Shown: positions 43,435 through 54,629 of the stretch, in pieces
Layout of the letters: each line of letters starts with the position of its first letter
How positions within the stretch are numbered: position 1 is the stretch's first letter
Virus record (IMG/VR): IMGVR_UViG_2061766007_000472
Length of the DNA: 64,000 nt
Source: an uncultured virus (IMG/VR IMGVR_UViG_2061766007_000472)
Lineage: Duplodnaviria; Heunggongvirae; Uroviricota; Caudoviricetes
Reading direction: 5' to 3' (one strand)
The notes under the pieces: model-generated
Databases searched by the model: none
Told to the model about the DNA's origin: nothing
Seen by the model: the letters and a program-made list of their open reading frames with translations, nothing else
Position numbers and translations under genes: made by a program

Positions 43435-44139
43435 ATGGACAACAAAAAGTTGACATCTTATGTTTATTCAGAATTATTGACGAGGCTTTCCATTATTAGC
43501 TACCAAGTTCCATTGTTAATCTTCCTAGACGAAGACCTGAGAAAATCCTCCCAGTTCCTTACCAATTTCCACCTTGAGCACGGAATAAGGAACGCAATCC
43601 AGGTCTTGATGTGTTCCGCCTTCTATCTCGTCGGAATAAGGAACAAGACGATGTTCAGGCACTACGTGTGCAAGAAAAGATGGGACGACACCAAGTTCAG
43701 GAACTTTCCGCAGTATCCGCTCGATTCCATGCCGAAATTCTCGTATTACAACTCACAGGAGTCGAGATGGTGCAGGAAATGCTCAGACCACTACAGGCTC
43801 ATATCAGATTACCTTGGATTCATGCTCGACGAACATTGGTTTAGGTACGGACATGAACACAGACTTTGCGAAATGCACGGATTCCTGAGAACTTTTCCGA
43901 TGGAGACGTTCGTGAGACACGGTTATTCGATGCCTTCATTGAAGGACAAAAGCAAGCTACAGCTTCCGTGGAAGAACCTCCCAGTCATGTTCAGGAAAAA
44001 GGACATCATCTCTGGATACAGGAAATACTACAGGTCCATAATAGCAAGTCCACTTGACGCCTTCATCGGCACGAAAAGGGACGTTCCAGAGTTTTTGCTA
44101 GATAAAACGGACCAGCTCCAGTATAATATACAGCCATGA
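43435..44139 (+). CDS. divergent pyrimidine-dimer DNA glycosylase-like protein
   Basis: IFLDED...S...H...Q.L N-terminal pattern and DIISGYRKYY C-terminal pattern; weak. Confidence 0.35.
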   Translation: MDNKKLTSYVYSELLTRLSIISYQVPLLIFLDEDLRKSSQFLTNFHLEHGIRNAIQVLMCSAFYLVGIRNKTMFRHYVCKKRWDDTKFRNFPQYPLDSMPKFSYYNSQESRWCRKCSDHYRLISDYLGFMLDEHWFRYGHEHRLCEMHGFLRTFPMETFVRHGYSMPSLKDKSKLQLPWKNLPVMFRKKDIISGYRKYYRSIIASPLDAFIGTKRDVPEFLLDKTDQLQYNIQP

Positions 44140-44367
44140 ACACAAGGCTTGACATATCTGGGATAAACATGTATAATATAACAGTCCTCAAAAGGCTGTG
44201 GAACACGATGCCATTGGCCATGAAGACCGAGCTGGAACTAGACCTCATGGACAACATAGACAGCAACCTGGCAAGTTGTGCAATCAGGCGATAAAGGACA
44301 GTCTCTTTGGCTATGGAGGCATGTTCGAATTCAGGTTCTTCCTCGCAAAAATATGGATTGAAAGACA

Positions 44368-45240
44368 TGAACGAGAATTCAGAAAAGGAAAATGGAACAG
44401 ACAAAGTTCCAGAAATAAATCAAAACGGTAACTGGGATTGGGAAGAGCCTACGAACGAGGAGTTCGAGCTTCTCAGGAAAAACCTCACGTTCTACAGGAT
44501 TTACACGATAGTGGACGGAAAGAGCGTAAACCTATTCAAGTTCTGGCACAAGAACGAAGAGGAGGCGCTCAGGGTCCTCAACACGTTCAAGGAATGCCAC
44601 CCAAAGTACGGGGACAACTGCTTCTATTCTACGTCTGGATACGTAATGGACCCAGACGGGACAAGGCACGACACCCTGTTCGAAGACATACACGACAAAG
44701 ACGGATTCTTCACGAAGATTCACGACTTTTTCGTGTACTCCATTCCAAGATTCGTCTCTGACTTCTGGTTCAAGGTCAAGGACACAATCTATTTCATAAG
44801 ACACGACCACTCAATGAAGGAGAGCTGGTCACTGGACACCCATCTTCTTGAAGACCTGAAATTCAACCTGAAGAAACTTTCTGAAAGCCACACTGGATGC
44901 CCGAACTTCATGTGCGACAGAGCGAGGGCCGAACTCAAGAAACCAGTCAAGGACGAATGGGATTACGAAGAAGACGAAATGAAGCTGGCTTCCAAAATGT
45001 GGTCCGAAGAGCTTAACACGCTAAGGGAGAACGTACTCCTGTACGAATACTACAGCGGGTACGGAATAGTATCCGACGATGACAAAGACATGAAGCTCAT
45101 CGAAATGAAATACAAGGACACGCTTCCGTACAAGCCTGGGACGNNNNNNNNNNNNNAAGCTGAACTCCCTTGCAAAGGAACGCTGGGAAAACATCTGGAA
45201 CTGGATAAAGGAATACGGAGAAAGTCTATGGGACTAAGCA
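44368..45240 (+). CDS. hypothetical protein (end approximate, gap)
   Basis: Long open frame. Confidence 0.5.
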
Positions 45241-45649
45241 AAGAGGAAGTTGAAAGCATGCAGGAAAGACTGCGTGATTTTCAAGAAAGGCTCGGAATTG
45301 ATGATACCTGTGAAAACTCGGAAAATGGCAGAAAAAACGAAAAGGACAAAAACGAAGTTGTTCCAGAAAAACTGACGGAGCTTTTGAAAAACAACGACCC
45401 CGCTGCAAGCGGAAACGGAATTCTCGACGCCTTTTCCAGCATTCTCAAAAACGGAACTGCTCAGGAGACCAAAATCCTTGAACCGCAAAAGGAAATCGAC
45501 ACAAAGTCATATTTCAGCGACAACATGCTAAAAGAAGAGCTCTCGCTGGAAGACATAATAACAGTCTCGCACAAAGACGGAGACGGGTACAAGGCAGTGT
45601 TCGTGACCATAGGAGACATCGTAAAATTCATCAAAAACAATCTTGACAA

Positions 45650-46393
45650 ATGAAAATAGACAATTTTGACATTATTAGAGACCATCTCACTTTTGAGAAG
45701 GCAAAGAAGTTCGATGCCAAGTCAAAGAAGTTAAAAGAGCTGAACGAAACGTACGACAGGTACATAGTCCAGATTCTCAAGAGGGCAAAGGACGCTGGTG
45801 GAAAGAAACACGGAGTCAACACGGCTAACCGTCTGATAAAGACCTATGAAGTAGGTTCTCTCGAGTATTTCGACGTGAAAAGGCCGCATATCATAGACCT
45901 GTGCGAGTCCAACATGGCAAGGGCCTACATTCTTCCACAGGTTCGTTCCACATACGATTGCCTGAAGGAGATGATAAAACTCGGAGTAGACAACTTGGAG
46001 AATCCAACAATCAAGTTCCAGCACATACTCCGCTCATGCCTGTGCTCTATGCACAGGTCGAGGGACAAGAGATGGATTATTGACCTCGACAATGACGAGA
46101 TGGACGGATTCACCCTTGACGACATAGTGTCTGGAATCAAGAAAAACCTCAAGAAATGCGGGAAAAATCCAGATGACATGTACATAGTTCCGACGAGAAA
46201 CGGAAACCACATCGTGACGACCCCGTTTGACGTAATGGACGCAAACAAAAAATTCAGGATGATGTTCGAAGGCGAGAGGAAAATTCCATATGAAGTAGAC
46301 GTCGGTCCAGGCGAAATCGAAACAAGATACACGAAGAAGACTGGATGGCTCCACAAGGACGGAATGACGTTATTGTACTGTCCAGATATGTAA
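45650..46393 (+). CDS. AEP/primase-polymerase-like hypothetical protein
   Basis: WIIDLD and VPTRNGNHIVT resemble AEP motifs I and II. Confidence 0.4.
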   Translation: MKIDNFDIIRDHLTFEKAKKFDAKSKKLKELNETYDRYIVQILKRAKDAGGKKHGVNTANRLIKTYEVGSLEYFDVKRPHIIDLCESNMARAYILPQVRSTYDCLKEMIKLGVDNLENPTIKFQHILRSCLCSMHRSRDKRWIIDLDNDEMDGFTLDDIVSGIKKNLKKCGKNPDDMYIVPTRNGNHIVTTPFDVMDANKKFRMMFEGERKIPYEVDVGPGEIETRYTKKTGWLHKDGMTLLYCPDM

Positions 46394-46418
46394 AACATAT
46401 AGTTGTATAATAATAGAT

Positions 46419-46967
46419 ATGGAAAATGCAGAAGAGAAAAGCGTAGAAATGACCCTCGAAGAGGCAATCGAGCACTGCAAGGAAGTTGCATGCGATTGCA
46501 AGGCTGGAGAGAGTTGTGTGGCACAACACCTCCAACTCGCAGCATGGCTTTCAGAACTTAAAGAGCTTAGAACAAAGTACCAGTATGCAATGGCAGACAT
46601 CCAGAACATCAGGAAGCGTTTTGAACGCGAGAGGATGGACGTAATAAACCAGGCGAACAAGGAACTCCTGGAAGACATCATCGACATATACGACGACATT
46701 CTCTCCGCGCTTTCGTGTTGTCCAGACGGGGACATAAAGGACGGTGTTCTTCTCATCAAGAAGAATCTCGAGAAAATACTAGATTCCGAAGGTTGCATAA
46801 AGATAGAGTGCAAGGTCGGAGACAAATTCGATTGCAGATATCACGAAGCACTTTACGCGTGCGAAAAAGAAGGTCTTGAGCCGCATACGATTTACGAGAT
46901 AACGAGGACTGGTTGGACTCTAAACGGAAAGCTTCTTCGGCCAACTGGCGTATTTGTTTCGAGGTAA
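46419..46967 (+). CDS. grpE: nucleotide exchange factor GrpE
   Basis: ADIQNIRKR, FDCRYHEA, GWTLNGKLLRPTGV. Confidence 0.88.
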   Translation: MENAEEKSVEMTLEEAIEHCKEVACDCKAGESCVAQHLQLAAWLSELKELRTKYQYAMADIQNIRKRFERERMDVINQANKELLEDIIDIYDDILSALSCCPDGDIKDGVLLIKKNLEKILDSEGCIKIECKVGDKFDCRYHEALYACEKEGLEPHTIYEITRTGWTLNGKLLRPTGVFVSR

Positions 46968-47297
46968 ACATGGAAGAAAAACCTGACGATATTTCAATTT
47001 TGAATACCGTAAGCATGTGTTTCAACATGTCCATGAATTATTCAGAGTTCAAGATGCGACTTGACATATTTAGTCTTGACGAGAACNNNNNNNNNNNNNN
47101 NNNNNNNNNNNNNNNNNNNNNNNNNNNNNNNNNNNNNNNNNNNNNNNNNNNNNNNNNAAAATAAGTGTTAGCGGAAATGCAGACTTGGCCGAAGATATGG
47201 AAGCCCTTCATGGATTAGACATGAGTTCTGAAATTTTCAATATGATGATGTATGAAATCGGAGCGGAGATGTATCCAGAGTCCAGGGTTGGAATATA

Positions 47298-47615
47298 ATG
47301 GAAGGAAACATGAAATACACAAGAGAAAAAATAAGGGATGTCGTTTTTGACATCATTCAGGAACGAAGCAAGTATGTGTATATACCTCCGATTTTCATAC
47401 CACAAAGCGTATGCTCTGAACCAACTGAGGATTTAGACCTTATTGGGGACCTTGAGATGGACAGTCTCGACATAGTGGAGCTCGTATATAACTCCTGCTC
47501 TGTTCTAGGAATAGATGAAAGTAAACTTGACATAAAAAATCAGAATTACGATTCTCTCGAAACAATAGGTGATGTGATTGACATGATTTGGAGAACTCAG
47601 ACAAATCAAGTATAA
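47298..47615 (+). CDS. acyl carrier protein-like
   Basis: LIGDLEMDSLDIVEL...LETIGDVID (phosphopantetheine DSL motif). Confidence 0.75.
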   Translation: MEGNMKYTREKIRDVVFDIIQERSKYVYIPPIFIPQSVCSEPTEDLDLIGDLEMDSLDIVELVYNSCSVLGIDESKLDIKNQNYDSLETIGDVIDMIWRTQTNQV

Positions 47616-47645
47616 TATTTTTTGCAAACAGAGGTAATAACAAAA

Positions 47646-49768
47646 ATGGATACGATTATCAATATTGACCTTGGAACTGGATTTAGTTGCATGAGCGTTA
47701 TGGAAGGTGGAAAACCCACTGTAATTCCAAATGCAGAAGGGGCAAGAACTACCCCATCTATTGTAGCCTGGACTAAATCTGGTGAAAGACTTGTCGGGTC
47801 ATCTGCAAAGAGACAGGCAATTACAAATCCAGAAAATACCGTGTATGAGATAAAGAGATTCATCGGGAAGAAATATGATGAGTGTCTTGAAGATATAAAG
47901 AAGGTGTCTTATAAGGTAGTTAAGGCACCTAATGGTGATTGCAGGGTAAAGATAGGAGACAAGGAATATTCTCCAGAGGAAATATCTTCCTTCATTCTAA
48001 CAAAACTCAAGAAAGACGCAGAGGCATTCCTTGGGCTTCCAGAAGGTTCAATAAAGAAAGCCATTATAACATGTCCAGCGTATTTCAATGATGCACAAAG
48101 AAGCGCAACAAAGATTGCTGGTCAACTTGTTCCAGGTGGTCTTGAGGTAANNNNNNNNNNNNNNNNNNNNNNNNNNNNNNNNNNNNNNNNNNNNNNNNNN
48201 NNNNNNNNNNNNNNNNNNNNNNNNNNNNNNNNNNNNNNNNNNNNNNNNNNNNNNNNNNNNNNNNNNNNNNNNNNNNNNNNNNNNNNNNNNNNNNNNNNNN
48301 NNNNNNNNNNNNNNNNNNNNNNNNNNNNNNNNNNNNNNNNNNNNNNNNNNNNNNNNNNNNNNNNNNNNNNNNNNNNNNNNNNNNNNNNNNNNNNNNNNNN
48401 NNNNNNNNNNNNNNNNNNNNNNNNNNNNNNNNNNNNNNNNNNNNNNNNNNNNNNNNNNNNNNNNNNNNNNNNNNNNNNNNNNNNNNNNNNNNNNNNNNNN
48501 NNNNNNNNNNNNNNNNNNNNNNNNNNNNNNNNNNNNNNNNNNNNNNNNNNNNNNNNNNNNNNNNNNNNNNNNNNNNNNNNNNNNNNNNNNNNNNNNNNNN
48601 NNNNNNGTCCAATACAGTATCTGTTGAAATAAATATTCCGTTTATTTCGGCCAATGAAAACGGCCCGCAGCATTTGTTGAAAACCCTCACACGGGCAAAG
48701 TTTGAAGAGTTAACTAGAGATTTGCTAGACAGGCTCGNNNNNNNNNNNNNNNNNNNNNNNNNNNNNNNNNNNNNNNNNNNNNNNNNNCCACCAGAATACC
48801 CTCCTTACAGGAAAAGGTTAAGGAAATATTCGGAATGGAGCCAAACAAGGACGTAAATCCAGACGAAGCCGTTTCATTGGGAGCCTCCATTCAAGCTGGA
48901 ATAATAACTGGAGAAGTTAAAGATGTTCTTCTGCTTGACGTTACGCCACTCACACTTTCAATCTGCACGAACGGCCAGCTTGCAACTCCGATGGTGGAGA
49001 GGAACACGACGATTCCGTGCAAGAAGACCCAGACATTCACGAACGCATCTCCAATGCAGAGCATGGCTACAATTCTCGTAGGCCAAGGGGAGCGCAAGAT
49101 GTTCAACGACAACAAGCTCCTTGGGCAGTTCAATGTCGAGATTACTCCATGTCCAGTCGTTGGTCAAGCGCAAATTGAGGTAACTTATGACATTGACGCG
49201 AACGGAATCTTGACGGTTTCCGCAAAGGACCTCGCGCTCAATAAGCCAGCCAATATCACGATAACTAATTCCTCTGGTCTCTCAAAGGAGGAAATTGAGC
49301 GTGCAAAGGCCGACGCTGAGAGGTTCGCAGAAGAGGACAAGAAGAAGGTTGAGCTCGTTAATCTCAAGAATTCCGCCGAAAACCTCTGCAACCAGCTTGA
49401 GAAGGCAATGAAGGACGCCTCCGACAAGATTTCCGACGACGAGANNNNNNNNNNNNNNNNNNNNNNNNNNNNNNNNNNNNNNNNNNNNNNNNNNCGACCA
49501 GACGGCAATCAAGTCTGCAATGGAATCCCTGAACAACGCATGGGAGCCTCTTGTCAAGAAGATTTATCCGCAACAGGCATCTGGAAACGGAGGACAGCAG
49601 TTCTCACAGGCTGATTTCGAGAAAATGAAGAACGACCCTAACTTCATGAACCAGTTCTCCCAGATGTTCGGTGGTCAGAATCCATTTGCTGGAACTGGAA
49701 CGCCTCCTCCACAGAATGTGGATGACAAGAAGGACGACGGTCCGATAGAGGCAGAGGTCGTCGGATGA
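47646..49768 (+). CDS. dnaK: Hsp70 chaperone DnaK (gapped)
   Basis: [62 protein letters not shown] tail. Confidence 0.95.
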
Positions 49769-49770
49769 CG

Positions 49771-49801
49771 CAAAATGGACGGGTAGAACCCGTCCATTTT
49801 G
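49771..49801. terminator. bidirectional intrinsic terminator
   Basis: aaaatggacggg-taga-acccgtccatttt hairpin. Confidence 0.75.
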
Positions 49802-49886
49802 ATTTATGGACTCATGTTTTTGACATTCGAGTCTTACGTTCAATCTCTTATTTTATTGCTGCTCAGCCACCTGGTCCATTGGTTTC

Positions 49887-50290
49887 TCAGACAACTTTTA
49901 TGACGATGTCGGACACACCCCAACTACTCCAGTTTATAAATTTGTTCTTTACACTCTGCACGCTTTCCATGTCCATAAAAACCAGGCTCACAATGGTTGT
50001 GCAGCCATTGAACGCACCATCTCCAATGCTCGTGACCGAGTCTGGTATCGTGACGCTTTCAAGAGAGGTGCAGTTTGAAAACGCCCATTCTCCAATGCTC
50101 GTGACCCCGTTTCCAATCTTTATCCGAACTGGGGTCGTTATCCCCAACTGGACCATCCATCCCTATTCAAGTCTTCCAGCCAGCCTGTATTTTCCAGTCG
50201 TACCGTCCTGGAGCTCTATTTCCGTGAACTTGTCCTCAATCCACTTCCTCACGTAAGTAGGGGGTCTCCAAGATAAACTTTAGTTGCCAT
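49887..50290 (-). pseudogene. short BspA-type leucine-rich-repeat gene with a frameshift in a C5 run and a TAG at 50163
   Basis: [33 protein letters not shown]; one more C at ~50260 joins MATKVYLGDP to the LRR frame. Confidence 0.5.
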
Positions 50291-50385
50291 GTAAATTCCT
50301 TTTGCATTTATTTTATTCACCCCCTGGAAATGTTTTGTCTGCGCGTCTTTCTTGTATAATATCACCTGAAACAAAGGAAACCAAG

Positions 50386-50835
50386 ATGGGATGGAAAATG
50401 AACCATGCAATAGTCTACCCGACGGTGGACTGTGCCATATTCTACGACAACACGTATTCAAAAATATACCTGGCAAGAAAGCCAAATCAGCAGAAATGGA
50501 GATTTGTCGGCGGTTTTGTAGACCCAAATGACTTTTCGTACCAGCAGGCAGCTCTCAGGGAGGCGTTCGAGGAGACTGGCCTTGAATGCAAAATCGGGGA
50601 ATTCGTCACGTCGATGAAGATAAACGACCCAAGGTACAACTACAAGGAAGACAAGGTAATAACGACCATGTTCTCCATGTTCTCGTGGAACGACGAGAAG
50701 GCTAGGCCGATGGACGACATATCCGAGCTCAAGCTCTTTCCTTTCGACTCCCTGAACGAATACGATTTCGTTCCAGAGCACAAAGACCTGTTCATCGCCC
50801 TAAGGGACTGGGTAGACAGGAAAAAAGGATGGTAA
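50386..50835 (+). CDS. Nudix hydrolase (ADP-ribose pyrophosphatase-like)
   Basis: TVDCAI, WRFVGGFVD..AALREAFEETGL Nudix box, DPR. Confidence 0.85.
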   Translation: MGWKMNHAIVYPTVDCAIFYDNTYSKIYLARKPNQQKWRFVGGFVDPNDFSYQQAALREAFEETGLECKIGEFVTSMKINDPRYNYKEDKVITTMFSMFSWNDEKARPMDDISELKLFPFDSLNEYDFVPEHKDLFIALRDWVDRKKGW

Positions 50836-51310
50836 CATGATTGAAGTAGGAAAGAACGTATCCGTAGGAGACCTCGTTTCAGTCTGGTTCTCTCCTCCGT
50901 GGGAGAAAAGCAAGGACAAGAGCAAGAAGCCAGTGGAGTCCGAATACAAGGTCGGTGAGAGAAAAGAGAACTGGCTAAAACTGAATGCACTCGGCGGAGG
51001 TTATTCAATCATATTCGGGAAGGAGCTTCTTGAGACATGGAACGGAAGCGTAAGAAAGGCGAAATAAAGTATTTCGCCGTTGACGATGACGGAAACAAAT
51101 TTCCCATTTGCTATGGAAAAGGAATGGGAAACACCTTCTTTTCAGACAACATCGAAAAGATTGCCAGATATATAGCGTACTACACCCACAGATGGTATCC
51201 TACACTAATGGTAATCGAAAACGGGAAAACAAGAACGGCAAAAAATTCAGAACAGAGGAAATTTAACGAGGTCCTCAACTATGAATTTTTCTTCCATGAA
51301 ACCAAATAAC

Positions 51311-51338
51311 TTGACAAAAATAAAAAACAAGGTATAAT
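51311..51338 (+). promoter_or_regulatory. sigma70-type promoter upstream of pncB
   Basis: TTGACA-16 nt-TATAAT. Confidence 0.7.
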
Positions 51339-51345
51339 ATAGGGC

Positions 51346-52561
51346 ATGAAACTCAATCCAATCATAAACAGCCTAACTGAAATTGACCTTTACAAGCTTT
51401 CGATGGGCCAGTGCGCGTTCCACCAGTTCAACAAGGACAAGACGACCTGGGCCTTCAAGTGCAGGAATCCTGGTGTGTCCTTCACCCCAGAGATGGTGCA
51501 GGAAATCAAGGAGCAGATTGACCATTTCTGCTCTCTTCGATTCAAGACGGAAGAGCTTGAGTGGCTGAAGAAGAATCTTCCATGGCTAAGCGAGGACTAT
51601 ATCACGAATCTTCGCATGTGGCATCCCTGGAGAGACGAGATTTTCATCAACGACCCGACGAACATGACGTTCAACGCGTGCGGCCTGACAATCGAGGCTC
51701 GTGGTCGCTGGGTCGATACCTCGATGTATGAGATTCCAATTCTGGCAATCGTGAACGAAGTCTATTTCGCATTGAAGTACGGTCCAGGTAAGTTTAATGA
51801 AAATTTTAAGAGGAACACCGTCGCCAAGGTACAGGACTTGATTGACGGAAAATACAGGNNNNNNNNNNNNNNNNNNNNNNNNNNNNNNNNNNNNNNNNNN
51901 NNNNNNNNNNNNGAATTCATATGTCATGAATTCCTTTAAAAACCGTTTTGTGGGAACATCGAATGTCTATCTTGCCATGAAGTACGGATTGCGTCCAGTC
52001 GGGACGATGGCACACGAATATATAACTGTCGTGGGAGAGGGACATCCAGAGCACAACCCAGCGTACGCAAACCACTATGCCATGAAATATTGGGTCAAGG
52101 AGTATGAGACGAGAAATGGAATCGTCCTCACGGACCTTCTTGGGACCGATTGTTTCCTGAAGGACTTCAACTTGACGTATGCCACTCTGTTTAGCGGGGT
52201 GCGTCACGATTCTGGAGACCCATTCATCTGGGGACGGAAGATTATCGAGCACTATAAGAAACTCGGAATCGACCCGAAGACAAAGACTCTCCTATTCTCG
52301 GACAGCCTGGACTTTGCAAAGGCAACGGCGATTTACGATAACTTCAAGGATGAAACCAATGTCGCTTTCGGAATTGGAACCTATCTTAGTAACGACCTGG
52401 GTGTCGTCGAACCCCTTAACATCGTGATGAAGGTCATGTACGTGAATGGAATGCCAGCTGCAAAGCTTTCCGATGTTCCTGGAAAGGTCATGAGCCCAGA
52501 CAACGATTATGTCGAATATCTCAAGCGTTGCGTCAAGTGGCGTCTGGACAAGGAGGTTTGA
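51346..52561 (+). CDS. pncB: nicotinate phosphoribosyltransferase
   Basis: DLYKLSM, YEIPILAIVNE, GTSNV, GTMAHE, GVRHDSGDP, FSDSLD, AFGIGT, LNIVMK, KLSD.PGK. Confidence 0.93.
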
Positions 52562-52762
52562 AATGAAGATTAGAAATCCGACAAAAGAAGACCTCTGTTT
52601 CGTAATGGAGAACATCTGCAACGTCCCGAACGTATGGGCGTTTTGCCAGAAGTGGGAACAAGACCCAGAAAAGCATGAACTGTTCAACAAGTTCATGGAC
52701 ATGTGTGCATGGTTTAGGAAAGACGAATCATATCTCAATTACAAGAAAGAAATCAATAAATA

Positions 52763-53653
52763 ATGAAAATCCAGTCTCTTTCAATCGTAGTCCCGAACAA
52801 GGCTTGTATCAACAAGTGCCCGTTCTGCGTTTCGAGGATGGTCAACAGCGATGCCTACCAAAACAAGATGGACATCAACGACCCGCATTACGACATAAAC
52901 GTAAGGGAATACATCAAGCGTTTGAGGTTCGTCGCGGACAACGGTTGCCAGACGATAATCCTTACTGGAACATCCGAACCACAGCAAAACAAGCAATTTC
53001 TTGCCACGTTTGCCCTGCTACACCAGCAGATAGGTTCTCCGTTCACTAACATTGAAATGCAGACTACTGGAATGCTTCTCGAGAACAACAGGAACTATCT
53101 CAGGTTTCTCAGGAACTTCGTAGGCGTCAACACAATCGCATTGTCCCTCAACTCACTTTCAGACGAGATGAACAATGAACTCCTCGGCCACAAAATGAAG
53201 GACAAGTTCCTTAACGTAAAGAACTTGTGCGACCAGCTCAAGGAGTACGATTTCAACATCAGGATTTGCTGTAATCTAACTGGGAAGTTCGACCTGGACG
53301 ACAATCCTCTTACAGCTGTATTCAAGTATTTCAAGGACGGGCTTCATGCAGACCAAGTCACGTTCAGGAAAATGTACGCCTCCAACGACAACACGGAGCA
53401 GAGCGAGTGGCTTAAGGCTAATCCGTTCGAGAGGGACGGATATTTATCAATATATCTCCAAAGTCAGGGATACAAAGAAATCGGAAAGACGATATACGGA
53501 ACTACGATTTATGACATCCACGGAATGTCCGTCATCTACGACACAGACTGTATGGGAAAGAACCCGAACACCGAAGCGGTGAAATATCTCATTCTCCGTC
53601 CAAATTGCCACCTCTACTCTCAGTGGGACAGTCCAGCAAGTCTCGTGAACTGA
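52763..53653 (+). CDS. radical SAM protein of unknown function
   Basis: CINKCPFC (CX3CX2C), ILTGTSEP, MQTTG. Confidence 0.8.
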   Translation: MKIQSLSIVVPNKACINKCPFCVSRMVNSDAYQNKMDINDPHYDINVREYIKRLRFVADNGCQTIILTGTSEPQQNKQFLATFALLHQQIGSPFTNIEMQTTGMLLENNRNYLRFLRNFVGVNTIALSLNSLSDEMNNELLGHKMKDKFLNVKNLCDQLKEYDFNIRICCNLTGKFDLDDNPLTAVFKYFKDGLHADQVTFRKMYASNDNTEQSEWLKANPFERDGYLSIYLQSQGYKEIGKTIYGTTIYDIHGMSVIYDTDCMGKNPNTEAVKYLILRPNCHLYSQWDSPASLVN

Positions 53654-53680
53654 GTATAATATAGAAAACAGGAAAAACAA

Positions 53681-54067
53681 ATGAACGACAACAAAATAAT
53701 TTTATTGAAACTCTACAATGGAGACATGCTCATCGGAAAGAAAAAGGTTCCAGATTCAAGCGACACGACAAATCCGCAGGTATGGGGGAGGATAATATTG
53801 GGAGAGCCCAGACAGATAATGATAATCCCAATCATGACTGGAGAGGTAAAGATAGCAATAACAAAAATCTGCCATCCATTCAGCGTGAAACGTCTTGAAG
53901 ACGAGATATTCATAAACTCTACGCAAGTCATGTTCACACTTGATGAAAACGAAATTGAGAAAGAACTTCTAGACGGGTACAAATCTGAAATATCTGGGAT
54001 AAAAATCGCGTCTCCGTCGGAAACAGCTGCGTTAAACAATCCAAACGGGGAATTCATCTTACAATGA
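53681..54067 (+). CDS. hypothetical protein
   Basis: Own GTATAATAT motif and RBS. Confidence 0.5.
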   Translation: MNDNKIILLKLYNGDMLIGKKKVPDSSDTTNPQVWGRIILGEPRQIMIIPIMTGEVKIAITKICHPFSVKRLEDEIFINSTQVMFTLDENEIEKELLDGYKSEISGIKIASPSETAALNNPNGEFILQ

Positions 54068-54627
54068 GACGGGTTTTCGTAATAAGGAAAGACCTTCATC
54101 TTTCCAGCGGCAAGCTCGCGGCAATGGTTGGCCATTGCTGTGAAGCTTATTGGACAAATCTGCTTAAGATTTGCCCAGTAAAGGACAACGAGTTCGTGGA
54201 CCTTCCGTGCTATGACCCAGAACATCCAGACCACGCTGTTCTCTACAGGCATCCAGAAATTTACGAAAAGTCAAAAGAGGCTTTCCTTAAAGGAGATAAG
54301 ACTTTTAGGTGGAAGCAGGAAAATCCCAGAAAGAGCGTGACCATATCTCTGGAAATCCCAAAAAATGTCTGGGAGGATTATGTCAACGGGATTTTCACGA
54401 AAACCATATGCGAATGCAGGAATCTAAACCAGCTCAAGAAAGCTGAGGCTCTTGCAAAGGAAAACGGACTTGTCGAATGGATAGACTACGGATTCATAAA
54501 TGATAACTGCCTGACAGAACTCACCCCAGAGAACGAAGACGGAACGTGCACAATCGGGATGTGGTTCAAGCCCCTTCCAGACGAAATCGCACACAAGATA
54601 AGCNNNNNNNNNNNNNNNNNNNNTTGA
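54064..54627 (+). CDS. Pth2-type peptidyl-tRNA hydrolase
   Basis: VIRKDLHLSSGKLAAMVGH, KTIC, INDNCLTEL, TCTIG..P. Confidence 0.75.
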   Translation: MRRVFVIRKDLHLSSGKLAAMVGHCCEAYWTNLLKICPVKDNEFVDLPCYDPEHPDHAVLYRHPEIYEKSKEAFLKGDKTFRWKQENPRKSVTISLEIPKNVWEDYVNGIFTKTICECRNLNQLKKAEALAKENGLVEWIDYGFINDNCLTELTPENEDGTCTIGMWFKPLPDEIAHKISXXXXXXX

Positions 54628-54629
54628 AG

